Positions 28,589-37,866 of a stretch of DNA of 64,000 nucleotides are shown one piece after another (positions within the stretch are counted from its first letter, which is position 1; each line of letters starts with the position of its first letter). This stretch comes from Candidatus Latescibacterota bacterium (GTDB lineage: Bacteria; Latescibacterota; UBA2968; UBA8231). The notes beneath the pieces were generated by a model, which worked only from the letters and a program-made list of their open reading frames with translations, had not been told where the DNA came from and did not search any database. Position numbers and translations under genes: made by a program. The DNA is taken from NCBI GenBank assembly GCA_965203175.1, contig OZ241867.1, positions 3,104,001 through 3,168,000 of the forward strand, written 5' to 3'.

Positions 28589-29763
28589 AATGTCAATCGA
28601 AGCTCATCGCCGAACAGCTCGTACTTTGGGCGTCGGCCCGAGTGCGCTTCGCCATCCTCTAGAATCTTCCGCACACCTTCGCCACGCGATTCGAGGAATA
28701 CCTGCCCGGTGCGCTTACTGCGAATCCTCGACAGGAAGCTGACCAAGAGTTGATTGCGGGTGAACGTACGGTAGGCCATATCTTCGATCGTGATGGTGTT
28801 GGGCAACTTGCCGGGGCTGTACAACTCCAGCCGGTCGGCGAATAGGAACAGGCGGATTTTCGACCCGGCAATGGCGTAGTCGCGGTGGGCGACCGCGTTG
28901 ACGATGGCCTCGTCAACGACATCGATGTCGTACTGGGGGGAGTCTCCTGTTTGCATGAAACGGGCGACGAAGGCGATTCCGGCGTCGATCTGATCGGACA
29001 CCGGGCCGGCGAGCCGCTCTGCGTGGATCAGATCGTCCGAGGACAGACGGGTTCCGCGATAGCACGCGGCTTCAATGGCCCCGGACGCCAAGAACTCGGT
29101 CGGCTCGGTCGCGAAGATCAGCAAGCCGGCGACGGTCGGCCGGTCCATCCCGTCCTCGTCTTGGAATATCACCCGGGTGTTGCGCAGTAGGTCGAGCCAA
29201 GGGATGGTCGGCGAGCGTCCAAAAAATGCTTCGAGTCGATTGCGGTTGAGGTCTTCTACTGTTGCGGCGAGTACGGATTGCTCGTCAAACACATACTCGC
29301 GGCCCCGCTGTTGGAAAAGCCGAGCGAGTTCTGGGGGGGTGAGATCCTGTTTTGTGGACCCAATCCGAGTGTAGTAACGCCCGCTCGATGTGCGGTGTAC
29401 ATACAGTCCACGCGGTACCTCTGCCAGCAGAACGTGCTCCTCGTCTCCTGCTACACTTGGCAGCAGTGCTTTGCGGATGACGAGCCGGATCGGTGGATCG
29501 CAGTTGTGGGTTGCGACGTTGAGCAGCCAGTGCTCGACCATATCCACTTGGTCCGGCGGAATTCCGCGCACGGCACCCGAATCGTCAACGCCAAGGAACA
29601 CAGCGCCACCCTCGGCGTTCGCAAACGCAACGAGTTCGCCGGCCAGTTCTTGGGTATTGGGGGTTAGCACGCCTCGATCCCCGAAGCGCACTTCTTTGAA
29701 CTCGGAGCGGCCGTCTTCGCCAGCGCGGAGTTGGTTCAGAATCTGATTCCTAGTATCGAACAT
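28576..29763 (-). CDS. AlbA_2 plus HATPase_c_4 (RecG C-terminal-like) protein
   Basis: GEDGRSEFKE, AFANAEGGAVFLGVDD, EAIVNAVAHRDY, DRLELYSPGKLP, ESRGEGV. Confidence 0.88.
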   Translation of the reverse strand: MFDTRNQILNQLRAGEDGRSEFKEVRFGDRGVLTPNTQELAGELVAFANAEGGAVFLGVDDSGAVRGIPPDQVDMVEHWLLNVATHNCDPPIRLVIRKALLPSVAGDEEHVLLAEVPRGLYVHRTSSGRYYTRIGSTKQDLTPPELARLFQQRGREYVFDEQSVLAATVEDLNRNRLEAFFGRSPTIPWLDLLRNTRVIFQDEDGMDRPTVAGLLIFATEPTEFLASGAIEAACYRGTRLSSDDLIHAERLAGPVSDQIDAGIAFVARFMQTGDSPQYDIDVVDEAIVNAVAHRDYAIAGSKIRLFLFADRLELYSPGKLPNTITIEDMAYRTFTRNQLLVSFLSRIRSKRTGQVFLESRGEGVRKILEDGEAHSGRRPKYELFGDELRLTLWAK

Positions 29764-29835
29764 CAACCTACGCTCCTAGTCGGATGCTGATCAGGGTGCC
29801 GGGCAGCTTCTTCATCCCCCAAGTGGAGTAGCCGA

Positions 29836-29906
29836 TTTTCATGCCTGCTCCTCGCGGGTGGCGCGGACCTCGTTACCTACTAATGCCAATCTGATTTTTT
29901 TTCATA
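29836..29906. repeat. ~70-bp diverged direct repeat, copy A (pairs with 30684-30753)
   Basis: ttttcatgcctgctcctcgcgggtggcgcggacctcgttacctactaatgccaatctgattttttttcata. Confidence 0.9.
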
Positions 29907-29909
29907 CGA

Positions 29910-30683
29910 TCACCGGAGTCCGGTCGGGCTTGTTCCGGTACTGTAGCGAAGGTGCCGTGCCACCGCCTCCACTGGTGCCGTCCAGATGGAATCCTGCCGC
30001 TCTCCGAGGTAATCAACCAGACTTTGGTGCACCTCGGGATCGATGTACAAGCCGTGCGTGCCTTCACCGACTCCGTGGATCATGTAGATGATCCAGCCGC
30101 CTGAGGCTACGGCGTCGTCGATTTCCAGTCGCAGGTGGTCGAAACTGCGGCCGTCGCCACTGAAATGCCCCAAGGCGTTCAAGTTGAGCGTTCCTGAATT
30201 GACGACTTGGTTGTTGAAGGGGCCGCGGCCAGCGACGAACAGTTCCTTGATCAGCGATTCGAGGCTGTGCAGGGTATCTCCCTCGCCGAGCTCGGTGTTG
30301 CAGCAGGTGTTGCCGAAGGAACGCTCCTCCCTGCCGTCGAGCGAAGACAGGATGGCGTTCGCGGCGCGCATTTCATCGGTCCACCTGCGGGGCGTGTACC
30401 GGCACAGGTCGTACTCGTCGGCCAGCCAGTCGTGGCCTTGGCTCTTGCGGCACGGGTGGAAGATGCTGTGATTGCCGAGCTCGTGGCCCTTGGCGGCCAC
30501 ATCGCGCCAAGCACCGGGGTTGTTCATCAGGCTGGTTATATTCGTATAGAACGTCGCTCTCAATCCATGGGCTTCCCAATCGGGTGCGACATCCTCGTAG
30601 TGACAGGGTAGCGCGTCGTCGTAGCTGATAGAGACCGCTCCCTGAATGCCTTCTGGCCAGGAAAATGCTGATTGATCAATCAT
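29910..30683 (-). CDS. Polysaccharide deacetylase family protein
   Basis: VSISYDDA, RATFY, GHELGNHSIFHP, WIIYMIHGV. Confidence 0.88.
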   Translation of the reverse strand: MIDQSAFSWPEGIQGAVSISYDDALPCHYEDVAPDWEAHGLRATFYTNITSLMNNPGAWRDVAAKGHELGNHSIFHPCRKSQGHDWLADEYDLCRYTPRRWTDEMRAANAILSSLDGREERSFGNTCCNTELGEGDTLHSLESLIKELFVAGRGPFNNQVVNSGTLNLNALGHFSGDGRSFDHLRLEIDDAVASGGWIIYMIHGVGEGTHGLYIDPEVHQSLVDYLGERQDSIWTAPVEAVARHLRYSTGTSPTGLR

Positions 30684-30753
30684 TTTTCATGCGTGCTCCT
30701 CGCGGGCGGCGCGGACCTCGTCACCTACTAATGTCAATCTGATCTTTTCCATA
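30684..30753. repeat. ~70-bp diverged direct repeat, copy B
   Basis: ttttcatgcgtgctcctcgcgggcggcgcggacctcgtcacctactaatgtcaatctgatcttttccata. Confidence 0.9.
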
Positions 30754-30909
30754 GCTGTTGCTTCTCTTAGCGTGGAATCATTTCGTCATACGCTAGGAAT
30801 TTCGGCATCAGAAGGCAAAAACCGGTCTTGTCGCTCGCGTATGCGTTGTCCGAGTTTCTTGGTGCCCAAGAAGATAGGCGAGTCGAGCACGGCAAAGTCG
30901 GCATACAGA

Positions 30910-32001
30910 TCATGTGCTCCCTTCCCCACCATCCAAATCTGGCGGCTTCTCCATCCGGCGGTTTAGGGCATGGATAGGAATCCCCAAGAATTCGGCGGCC
31001 TTGGCTTCCGAAATCGCGCCTTCCGCCAGAGCGCGTACGCATAGGCGATAGAAACGTCTAGGCTCCTCACTTTCCATTGCATGAGGCTCTTTGTACGGTA
31101 GGCTGCGCCAGCCAAAACGGGAAAAGTCGTCGAAAAGCCGCCGGGACAGAGTCTGGTTAAAAATGCCGAGATCTCTGCAGCGATACGTAAGGGCCTGTAC
31201 GCTTACGCCGAATATTTGCTTGAGTTCAAAGAGTTCGCTCCAGCCCATAGACGTGCGGTGTTTGCCGATTTCGGCCCGGAGTGTTTCCGCGGGCATGAGG
31301 AATGCTCCGGTAAATCGGTGAGCGGCCTTCTCCTTGTTGACCTTCGGGGCGACTTCCAACACCATGTGTCCGAGCTCATGTACCATCGTGAAGCGCTGCT
31401 GTTCTCCCCAATCTTTTCGATCCACGACGATCACGGGTACGGTATTGTTGCCCCCGTGTCCACGGCGTACACGCGCTACCAACCCGTCAATATTAGTGAG
31501 ATCTATTGAGAGAATCTTGATCCCGCGCCCCTCCAGAAACTCGACCAAGTGCGGGATGGGATCAAGACCTAGCCCCCAATGGGTACGGAGACCACGTGCC
31601 GCGTGCTCAGCCTCCAAGGGATCGCCGACCACAGAATAGGGAGCTTGACGGGGCATGTCCCACGCTACACTCGGCAGACCAAGGAGTTCCTCGATCGTCA
31701 GATAGCGTTCCAACAAGTGGAGAATCTTGGCCTTGACTCGGGCTTCCTCTTTCTTGCTCGTGAGTTTCTTTGTGTTAAACTCGACCTCCTTGAAAACCAT
31801 GTCTTGGCCTCCGACCAGATAGTCTACGGACATGCCGAGAGCATCAGCGAGCACCATGAGAACTCCCGAGTCTGGCGTCGACTCATTGCGCTCATACTTG
31901 CTGATAGCCTGCGCCGTTACCCGATTTCCAATTCTGGTTGCTAAACTACGAAGAGATAGACCAGAGGCAGCACGAGCAACCTTAAGTCGTTTGCCTATCA
32001 T
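30910..32001 (-). CDS. XRE-HTH plus ImmA/IrrE metallopeptidase fusion
   Basis: RLKVARAASGLSLRSLA..VTAQAISKYE (HTH); RFTMVHELGH (HExxH), EKAAHRFTGAFLMP. Confidence 0.92.
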   Translation of the reverse strand: MIGKRLKVARAASGLSLRSLATRIGNRVTAQAISKYERNESTPDSGVLMVLADALGMSVDYLVGGQDMVFKEVEFNTKKLTSKKEEARVKAKILHLLERYLTIEELLGLPSVAWDMPRQAPYSVVGDPLEAEHAARGLRTHWGLGLDPIPHLVEFLEGRGIKILSIDLTNIDGLVARVRRGHGGNNTVPVIVVDRKDWGEQQRFTMVHELGHMVLEVAPKVNKEKAAHRFTGAFLMPAETLRAEIGKHRTSMGWSELFELKQIFGVSVQALTYRCRDLGIFNQTLSRRLFDDFSRFGWRSLPYKEPHAMESEEPRRFYRLCVRALAEGAISEAKAAEFLGIPIHALNRRMEKPPDLDGGEGST

Positions 32002-32026
32002 ATATTTATCCTTCTTTTTGAGGGGG

Positions 32027-32060
32027 TTGACAAAACTACATAAAATCGTGATTTTGTCAA
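32027..32060. promoter_or_regulatory. Palindromic operator / back-to-back -35 boxes
   Basis: TTGACAAAA-N16-TTTTGTCAA, 25 bp upstream of the XRE-ImmA start. Confidence 0.6.
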
Positions 32061-32231
32061 ATTCTGAGGTTGATCCCATGCTAGGGATCCTCCTCTCAGC
32101 ACTTGAGACTGCTGAGAGATGCCCATAATCTCGATAGTATGGACGAGTGGGATGAGTTTTTCTTCTTGGTGAATCTACCGACGTCTACTGCATCTCACGA
32201 GTCAGCTAATAAGAATAGGATGGATGCAGGC

Positions 32232-33005
32232 ATGATTTTTGTGGAATGGTGTGATAATCAGTGTACCGACCTTGAAAGCAAGCAGTTATGGAGACTGACT
32301 GAACGCCCTGGGGGTCGTACAGCGATTGCAGATCGGTTCCCCGATTTGATTCGTTCGCATTATGACAACCTAGAACGGATATCTGAAGACATTCGCGATC
32401 TTGGTTATCCAAGTGCTGCCGCTCTCTTAGCGGAAAGATTGCCGCGGTCAAAGCGCGCCCGATCCGGCGAACTCGGCGAGATATTGGCTACCGAGCTTGT
32501 CGAAGAAAAAATGGACTTTATCGTTCCGGTTCGACGTCTTCGCTACAAGGACGGTAGAGAGATGGCCTTGCGGGGTGATGATTTCATCGGCATCCGTATC
32601 GATGAATCTGGAAACCTCGATCTTCTGAAAGGTGAGGCGAAGAGTCGGGCAGCTCTTGCAGAGCCGGTCATAGTCGAAGCGAGGAGGGCCTTATGTAGGA
32701 ACAGTGGCAGACCAACAGCTACATCGCTCCTATTTATCGCGGATCGGCTTATGGAGAATGAAAGCGAGGAATCTGCTCTCGGTCGGATGATCCGCAATGA
32801 AGTCGTTGCTCACGCTGTACCGCCGGCTCGCATCGATCATGCGTTGTTCACCATGTCGGGTAACGCAATGCCTCAGGCGCTGATCAAAGATTTTCAAAGT
32901 GTTGATGGGGCCCATACTCATACCGTGATCCATCTGAGAATTGAGGATCACCAAGATTTCATAAGAATATCATACGAAGGAGCACTTACTCTTGGAGACA
33001 ATTGA
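32232..33005 (+). CDS. hamA: Hachiman HamA-like (DUF1837) nuclease
   Basis: RSGELGEILATE, LRGDDFIG, LKGEAKSR (PD-(D/E)xK-like); overlaps a helicase-like gene start. Confidence 0.75.
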   Translation: MIFVEWCDNQCTDLESKQLWRLTERPGGRTAIADRFPDLIRSHYDNLERISEDIRDLGYPSAAALLAERLPRSKRARSGELGEILATELVEEKMDFIVPVRRLRYKDGREMALRGDDFIGIRIDESGNLDLLKGEAKSRAALAEPVIVEARRALCRNSGRPTATSLLFIADRLMENESEESALGRMIRNEVVAHAVPPARIDHALFTMSGNAMPQALIKDFQSVDGAHTHTVIHLRIEDHQDFIRISYEGALTLGDN

Positions 33006-33621
33006 AGAGTTGACGATTTTTCTGCAGAGAGCGACTGCGGAGGGCTATCGGGGACGCTTGCAAGCACGTGGCCAAGCACGAGCGCTCATCCGGCAGGATG
33101 GAGTGCTCCCAATCGGTTCCCCAGCCTTCGGCGAGACCATTGATACGGATCTCGCGGAGTATGGTTTTTCGCTACTTCGTGCATCATTGGCGTTGCGGGA
33201 AGCTGGTGGCGATTCAGAGGTCTGGCGGCGAGGCTTTGTGCGGGCGGGTAATGTCTTTGAAGCACTCGTACAGAATGATGCTCCCGAAGTAGTCTCTCGC
33301 GGTTTTTTTCGCGTTGTAGGTGCCGCTTCCTATCATCTTGCCGGTTACTCCGCATTGGCGTTTTCACTGATCTCTCAGGGACCGACGGACCGTAATCTCG
33401 CGCCAGCGGAGGAGGCACTTGTTTCCCTCATTACCCGCGATCTTGCTGCTTTGGGAGCACGTACAAGGGCATGGCTCCAAGATCCCGCTCATAGTGATGA
33501 GGCCATTACACTCGCAATTTCATCGGAGGAAATTGATCCCGACGATGTCATCATGCTCGTCGTCACCTCGACGATATTTCGGGCATTCGCGTTTTTTGAA
33601 TTCGCCCTCCAAACAGGTGCC
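32992..33621 (+). pseudogene. hamB: N-terminal fragment of HamB-like DEAD/DEAH helicase, cut by IS1
   Basis: GYRGRLQARGQARALI..GVLP and AASYHLAGYSALAFSL resemble HamB-type N-termini; frame runs into the IS inverted repeat before any helicase motif. Confidence 0.65.
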
Positions 33622-34851
33622 GGTCGTAGCTTGTGATTATCTCAGTCCAACCGGACAAAGTCGCATGAGTTCCAGAGAGGAATAGAGATGATCGGCGATG
33701 CCGGCGGCCATCGCCGGACTCCTGTGTTGCCATCGGCCTTCTTGCGTCGGCTGTCGCAAGGACCGATGCGGATGATGAAAATTGTAGCGCACCGCACCAA
33801 TCCAACTGAGGGCATCATGCCGATCCGTCCGACGCGAAAAGTGCAGGGTTTTGCGCCCCTTTCGTGCGTTGCGCATCCGATCGGTCAGGTTGAACCGCTC
33901 AATGGCGCTGGTGTTGGCTTTCGTCCAGCCCAAATCGGCTACGACTTGGGCCAATTTGCCCTTGCCAAAGATCGGTCGGACTTCCATCTGTTGGATCCGC
34001 CCCCCTTGCCGATGTTTGACAATCTGGGCATACACCAGCGCTTGGGGGATCCGCACCACCGGGGCCGGGGGTCGGCCGCGGGGGCCTCGACGCGGCACGG
34101 GATAGGCCCGACCAAAGGTAGCTACAATCGCTTCGCGATAGGTCGGTTCGCCATCGGTAAACAGCGCCGGCAGCCCCGCCTTGGCAGCCAGCCGCTCGGC
34201 CGCGTCGGCCACCACTTGGTGAATCGTGCGGGTCGTACGGCGTCCAGGCACCAGCGATACCAGCAGTTTGCTCTGCGGATCCAAGCTGTTGGCATCCCAA
34301 TAATCCCCCCGTTCACTCGGATCGTCCATCGGCGTCATGTGCCGTTGTTTTTTGGCCACATACGACCATTTCTCATCAAACTGGAGGGCCGCTGGATGCA
34401 CGTTACGAACCAGCCGATCATGCAGTTGATAGCTGATCCGGCCCCCCACGCGCAGCAGACGACCAACCGCATCCTTGGATACCCCCACCAAGCGCGCCGT
34501 GGCATTCAAGCCACAGGCACTATCCAGATGCTCCATCACCGACACGGCTTGCGCCTCGCTGATCTTGCAGTTAAACAACGCCGTGCCTTTGCGCTCGCTA
34601 AATTCCTCGCCGCAGCACCGACAGCGCAGATAGCGAATCCGATCCGCCCCATAGATCTTGCGCACCCGCAGGTTGGCTTGGCCGCGTTGGCCGTAGGTCT
34701 TGCATTGGGTATTGAGACAGCACAAATTCTCCAACGCTGGTCTTGGCTCTTGCATCTTTATCCCTCCTTGCTTGGCGGTTTGGAGAGATAAATAAAGAGC
34801 ACAAGGCCAGCACTAGACCTAACTGGTCTGAGATAATCTCACGTTACGACC
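33622..34851 (-). mobile_element. IS1-family insertion sequence (1230 bp)
   Basis: Terminal IRs GGTCGTAGCTTGTGATTATCTCAG / GGTCGTAACGTGAGATTATCTCAG; no target-site duplication. Confidence 0.88.
33637..34755 (-). CDS. IS1-family transposase (single ORF)
   Basis: Zn-ribbon cysteines, HTH, QFDEKWSYV, FTDG, NTSAIERFNLTDR. Confidence 0.9.
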   Translation of the reverse strand: MQEPRPALENLCCLNTQCKTYGQRGQANLRVRKIYGADRIRYLRCRCCGEEFSERKGTALFNCKISEAQAVSVMEHLDSACGLNATARLVGVSKDAVGRLLRVGGRISYQLHDRLVRNVHPAALQFDEKWSYVAKKQRHMTPMDDPSERGDYWDANSLDPQSKLLVSLVPGRRTTRTIHQVVADAAERLAAKAGLPALFTDGEPTYREAIVATFGRAYPVPRRGPRGRPPAPVVRIPQALVYAQIVKHRQGGRIQQMEVRPIFGKGKLAQVVADLGWTKANTSAIERFNLTDRMRNARKGRKTLHFSRRTDRHDALSWIGAVRYNFHHPHRSLRQPTQEGRWQHRSPAMAAGIADHLYSSLELMRLCPVGLR

Positions 34852-35159
34852 TCATCTTCTAGGGATGCGGATTGAAAAAGGGGGATAGCAAATTTCATGG
34901 GTAACAGTTTTGTCGGTTCACATAAACCGTTTTCTCGCATAAACTTTTCAGCACGATCCATCAGCTTCTGCTGATTTTCCCATCGTGTATATTTCAGCTT
35001 GTCTTCAACAATACCCATGCCCTGTTCAAGAGATCCTGAAATAAAACGAGCGATAAATGCACCAAATTTATTACCGCTTTCAATCGCTTGGCCTGATGTT
35101 TTGGCTAACTCCTGTGCTGCTTTGGCTGTTTCCTTGATAGCTTCAGTCTCTTCAGACAT
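34852..35159 (-). pseudogene. Abi-alpha/DUF4393-like gene truncated by IS1
   Basis: AIKETAKAAQELAKT...DKLKYTRWEN...PMKFAIPLFQSASLEDE, then IS end. Confidence 0.6.
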
Positions 35160-35215
35160 CAATAACTCCTTTATTTCTTAAGCTACCTGTTCCGTCTACT
35201 CGGTTAAATCACATC

Positions 35216-35305
35216 ATATAACGTTGTGCGGGTTGATGAACTCCGAAGGGATGACCTATTAGGACCAAGCGGCGAAGGCCACGCAGCATTAACCTGCTGT
35301 TAAGC
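35216..35305 (-). other. attC-like integron recombination site (90 bp)
   Basis: Minus strand GCTTAAC ... GTTATAT, 10 bp after a stop codon; inner arms GCAGGTTAATG / CATCAACCCGC pair imperfectly. Confidence 0.65.
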
Positions 35306-35315
35306 GATGGCTACG

Positions 35316-35681
35316 TCAAATATCCTCAATGACGTCTGGCTCAGGCATCTGTGCAAATTGGACGGCCTTGATCGTCGTAGCCCCTTCGAGCAAGGCTCGA
35401 GCCAGACGGTGACCGCCGTCCATCAGACGACCATTCTCGTTTATAACAACGGGAAATTCGGTGTTAGCCTCGTTGATCCGTTTGCAGTGAGCGGCCACCT
35501 CTCGGATGGTCGGCGTATGACCCGTGCTAAACCAGCAGTCCTGGTCCAGTTCCTGAAAACTCTCCACCTCGGCTTCAAATTCAGGTAGTTCTTGGGCTAG
35601 CTCCCATAGTCGATCCGTGTACCAGATGTACCGCTTGCCCTTGATTTCCGTCGAGTGGGTTTGTCGTCTACGCCTCTGCAA
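35316..35681 (-). CDS. Small ParB/Srx-like cassette protein
   Basis: PVVINENGRLMDGGHRLARA; lies exactly between two attC-like sites, AAAGGAG RBS. Confidence 0.75.
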   Translation of the reverse strand: MQRRRRQTHSTEIKGKRYIWYTDRLWELAQELPEFEAEVESFQELDQDCWFSTGHTPTIREVAAHCKRINEANTEFPVVINENGRLMDGGHRLARALLEGATTIKAVQFAQMPEPDVIEDI

Positions 35682-35703
35682 TGCTTCTCTCCTTTTGGCT
35701 TGC

Positions 35704-35843
35704 GCTTAACGAACAAGCACCCCGATGTGGCCACGCTCACTACTGGACTAACACCGTGCGAAGCACCCCGGCATCCGAACAGAATCGGCACGGTCATATG
35801 GGCTTGAGAGGGGCTGGGTTGCGCTCGGGATGCGTAGTTAAGC
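35704..35843 (-). other. attC-like integron recombination site (140 bp)
   Basis: Minus strand GCTTAAC TACGCATCCCGA ... TCGGGGTGC TTGTTC GTTAAGC; perfect core complement, located just after a stop codon. Confidence 0.72.
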
Positions 35844-35862
35844 GTTGGTGGGCCGGCTTCAT

Positions 35863-36333
35863 CTAGCCGACTCGGGACTTAACGTCCTTTGCGAGGCGAC
35901 CTCTTGGTGTGACCGCAGTTTTTGTGTTATCAGCCAGTGTCTGGTAGTCCCTGCTCTTTCTGAAGGAGTACTCTACAAACAAGACCTGTGTCTTCTCTTG
36001 CTTGAACGCCCTTCCTATTGCACCAGTCACAGAGCCGACAATGAAGCTGAACTTGATTCCGGGGATGTAGAAGACATGGCTATGATGCCCCGGATACTTC
36101 TTATGCGTAGGAAAGGCCATGATGGGGATGGTGTCTTCATCGCCATCTACATAAACAACGAGATAAATCTTGGACGGAGAACCTGTCTCTCCCAAGAGGA
36201 ATCTCCGTAGCTCCTCCTGGTACTTCCCTCCTAGGGAACCTCGTGTCTTGCCTATGGAGTCAGGCCACTTGCCCGCAGATGCACGCCAGATGACGCTTGC
36301 GCCGAAGTAGAGATATACGTCAGAGTTCAGATC
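35863..36333 (-). pseudogene. 3' fragment of a hypothetical cassette gene (5' end lost at IS5; frameshift near 36225)
   Basis: YLYFGASVIWRAS...SLG and KYQEELRRFLLGET fall in offset frames. Confidence 0.55.
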
Positions 36334-37493
36334 GGCGTTGTTGCATGAAAGCTGTGTTCGGGTCTTGAAATGAGTCAGGCTCTTCGGTTAGATTGGTTCG
36401 TGGTTTCCAGCAAGAAACACGTTCCTTTCTTCCCAAAGAGCCTGTGATGAGCAAAGTATCTGGCAGTTCGCCCTCGGTCAAGTCGCAACCGGTGTATCGG
36501 GTTAAGAATTGGTCGTCGTATAATCGGGCGTTGGTGGCTCGTGGTAGCCTGACGGTGTGGCTGGACGATGGTCTGTGGAAGCAATGGTATGCTCAGGGGC
36601 CATCGCAACGGGGTGCTCAGTTTGTCTATTCGGATCCAGCGATTGAATGGATGTTGACGATGCGGGTGTTGCTTGGGTTGCCGTTGCGCCAGACGCAGGG
36701 GTTTATCCAATCGCTGTTGGACTTGATGGGGTTGGCCTTGGCCGTGCCGGACTACTCGACCTTGTCGCGTCGCCAAGGGGCCTTGGCGGTGGAGTTGCCG
36801 AAAAAGCAGCCCGATAGCCCGGCTAGCCCGATGCACTTGGTAGTGGATTCGACGGGTTTGAAAGTCTATGGCGAGGGCGAGAGGAAAGTCCGTCAACACG
36901 GCTGGACCAAACGGCGCACGTGGCGCAAACTGCATGTGGGGGTCAACGAGGCCACCGGCGAGGTGGTCGCGCAGACGTTGACGTCCCATCGGATCGATGA
37001 TGCCTCGCAGGTGGCCCCTCTGTTGACCCAAGTCGACGAGGCGGTGGAGGCGGTAGGCGGCGATGGGGCCTATGACAAACAGAAGGTGTTCGACGCCTTG
37101 GCCACGCGGAGTGATCCCTCGATTCGGCCGATCATCGCACTGCGCAAAGACGCTACAATCCATCAGCATGGTAATTGTAAGGTCCCCCCGTTGGCGCGCG
37201 ATGAAATCCTGCGGGCCATACGACGAAAGGGACGCAAGGAGTGGAAACAGGCCAGTGGCTATCATCGACGCTCGTTGGCCGAAACGCAAATCTATCGCTA
37301 TAAGCACCTCATCGGCGACAAGCTGAAGGCGCGTAGCTGGATCAACCAACAGGTCGAAAGTCGCCTCGGCTGTGCCCTCCTCAATCGAATGATCCATGTG
37401 GGCAAACCCCAGTCGTATCGAGTAGAAAAAATCAACTGAACAAAAAACAACATTCGACAATGATGCCCCAGATATGATTCATGCAACAACGCC
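36334..37493 (+). mobile_element. IS5-family (IS903-like) insertion sequence (1160 bp)
   Basis: Perfect 16-bp IRs GGCGTTGTTGCATGAA; no target-site duplication. Confidence 0.9.
36447..37439 (+). CDS. IS5-family transposase
   Basis: YRVKNWSSYNRALVARGSLTVW, VDSTGLKVYGEGE, WRKLH, DGAYD, GYHRRSLAET. Confidence 0.95.
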   Translation: MSKVSGSSPSVKSQPVYRVKNWSSYNRALVARGSLTVWLDDGLWKQWYAQGPSQRGAQFVYSDPAIEWMLTMRVLLGLPLRQTQGFIQSLLDLMGLALAVPDYSTLSRRQGALAVELPKKQPDSPASPMHLVVDSTGLKVYGEGERKVRQHGWTKRRTWRKLHVGVNEATGEVVAQTLTSHRIDDASQVAPLLTQVDEAVEAVGGDGAYDKQKVFDALATRSDPSIRPIIALRKDATIHQHGNCKVPPLARDEILRAIRRKGRKEWKQASGYHRRSLAETQIYRYKHLIGDKLKARSWINQQVESRLGCALLNRMIHVGKPQSYRVEKIN

Positions 37494-37604
37494 CCTTCCG
37501 ACATAAACTTCGCCGTCTTTAGTAAAGCGGCATTCTAGCTTTTCACCGTCTTTCAGCAGCCCAACATCAATGAGGTTTGATAAAGTTATGCGCTTCTTAG
37601 CCAT
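37494..37604 (-). pseudogene. RAMA-domain-like gene start truncated by IS5
   Basis: MAKKRITLSNLIDVGLLKDGEKLECRF resembles RAMA domain N-termini. Confidence 0.45.
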
Positions 37605-37738
37605 AGAAAGTCTTCCTGATGTTTACTCCAAACAAACGCCCAGTCATAGCTGCTAATAAAAAGTTATGCGTCGTCAAATGCAACCACTGCGGGCGCAATT
37701 TTGTAGGGCGATAGCGCGGAGCTGTACCGCGTCCCAAT

Positions 37739-37866
37739 CTCAATTTTGCGAATGATCGTCCTCTTCTCGCTTGGGAGCGGGGTCTATCTGCGGGCCGTCC
37801 TCGGCATCGCGCATGGCGTCGCGGGCGGCGTGGAAGCGGCGGATGCGCTCGACGAAGGCGATGATC
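37739..37866 (-). repeat. Displaced copy of the 3' 128 bp of the gene at 39594-39869
   Basis: Gapless match to 39593-39720, about 113/128 identical by manual count. Confidence 0.9.

Noticed and set aside
33688-34791. 367-aa plus-strand ORF, and other long antisense ORFs such as 15215-16318, 36375-37460, 56573-58063 and 60031-61128
   Set aside because: Shadow or alternative frames of well-supported genes in GC-rich DNA; no recognisable motifs.
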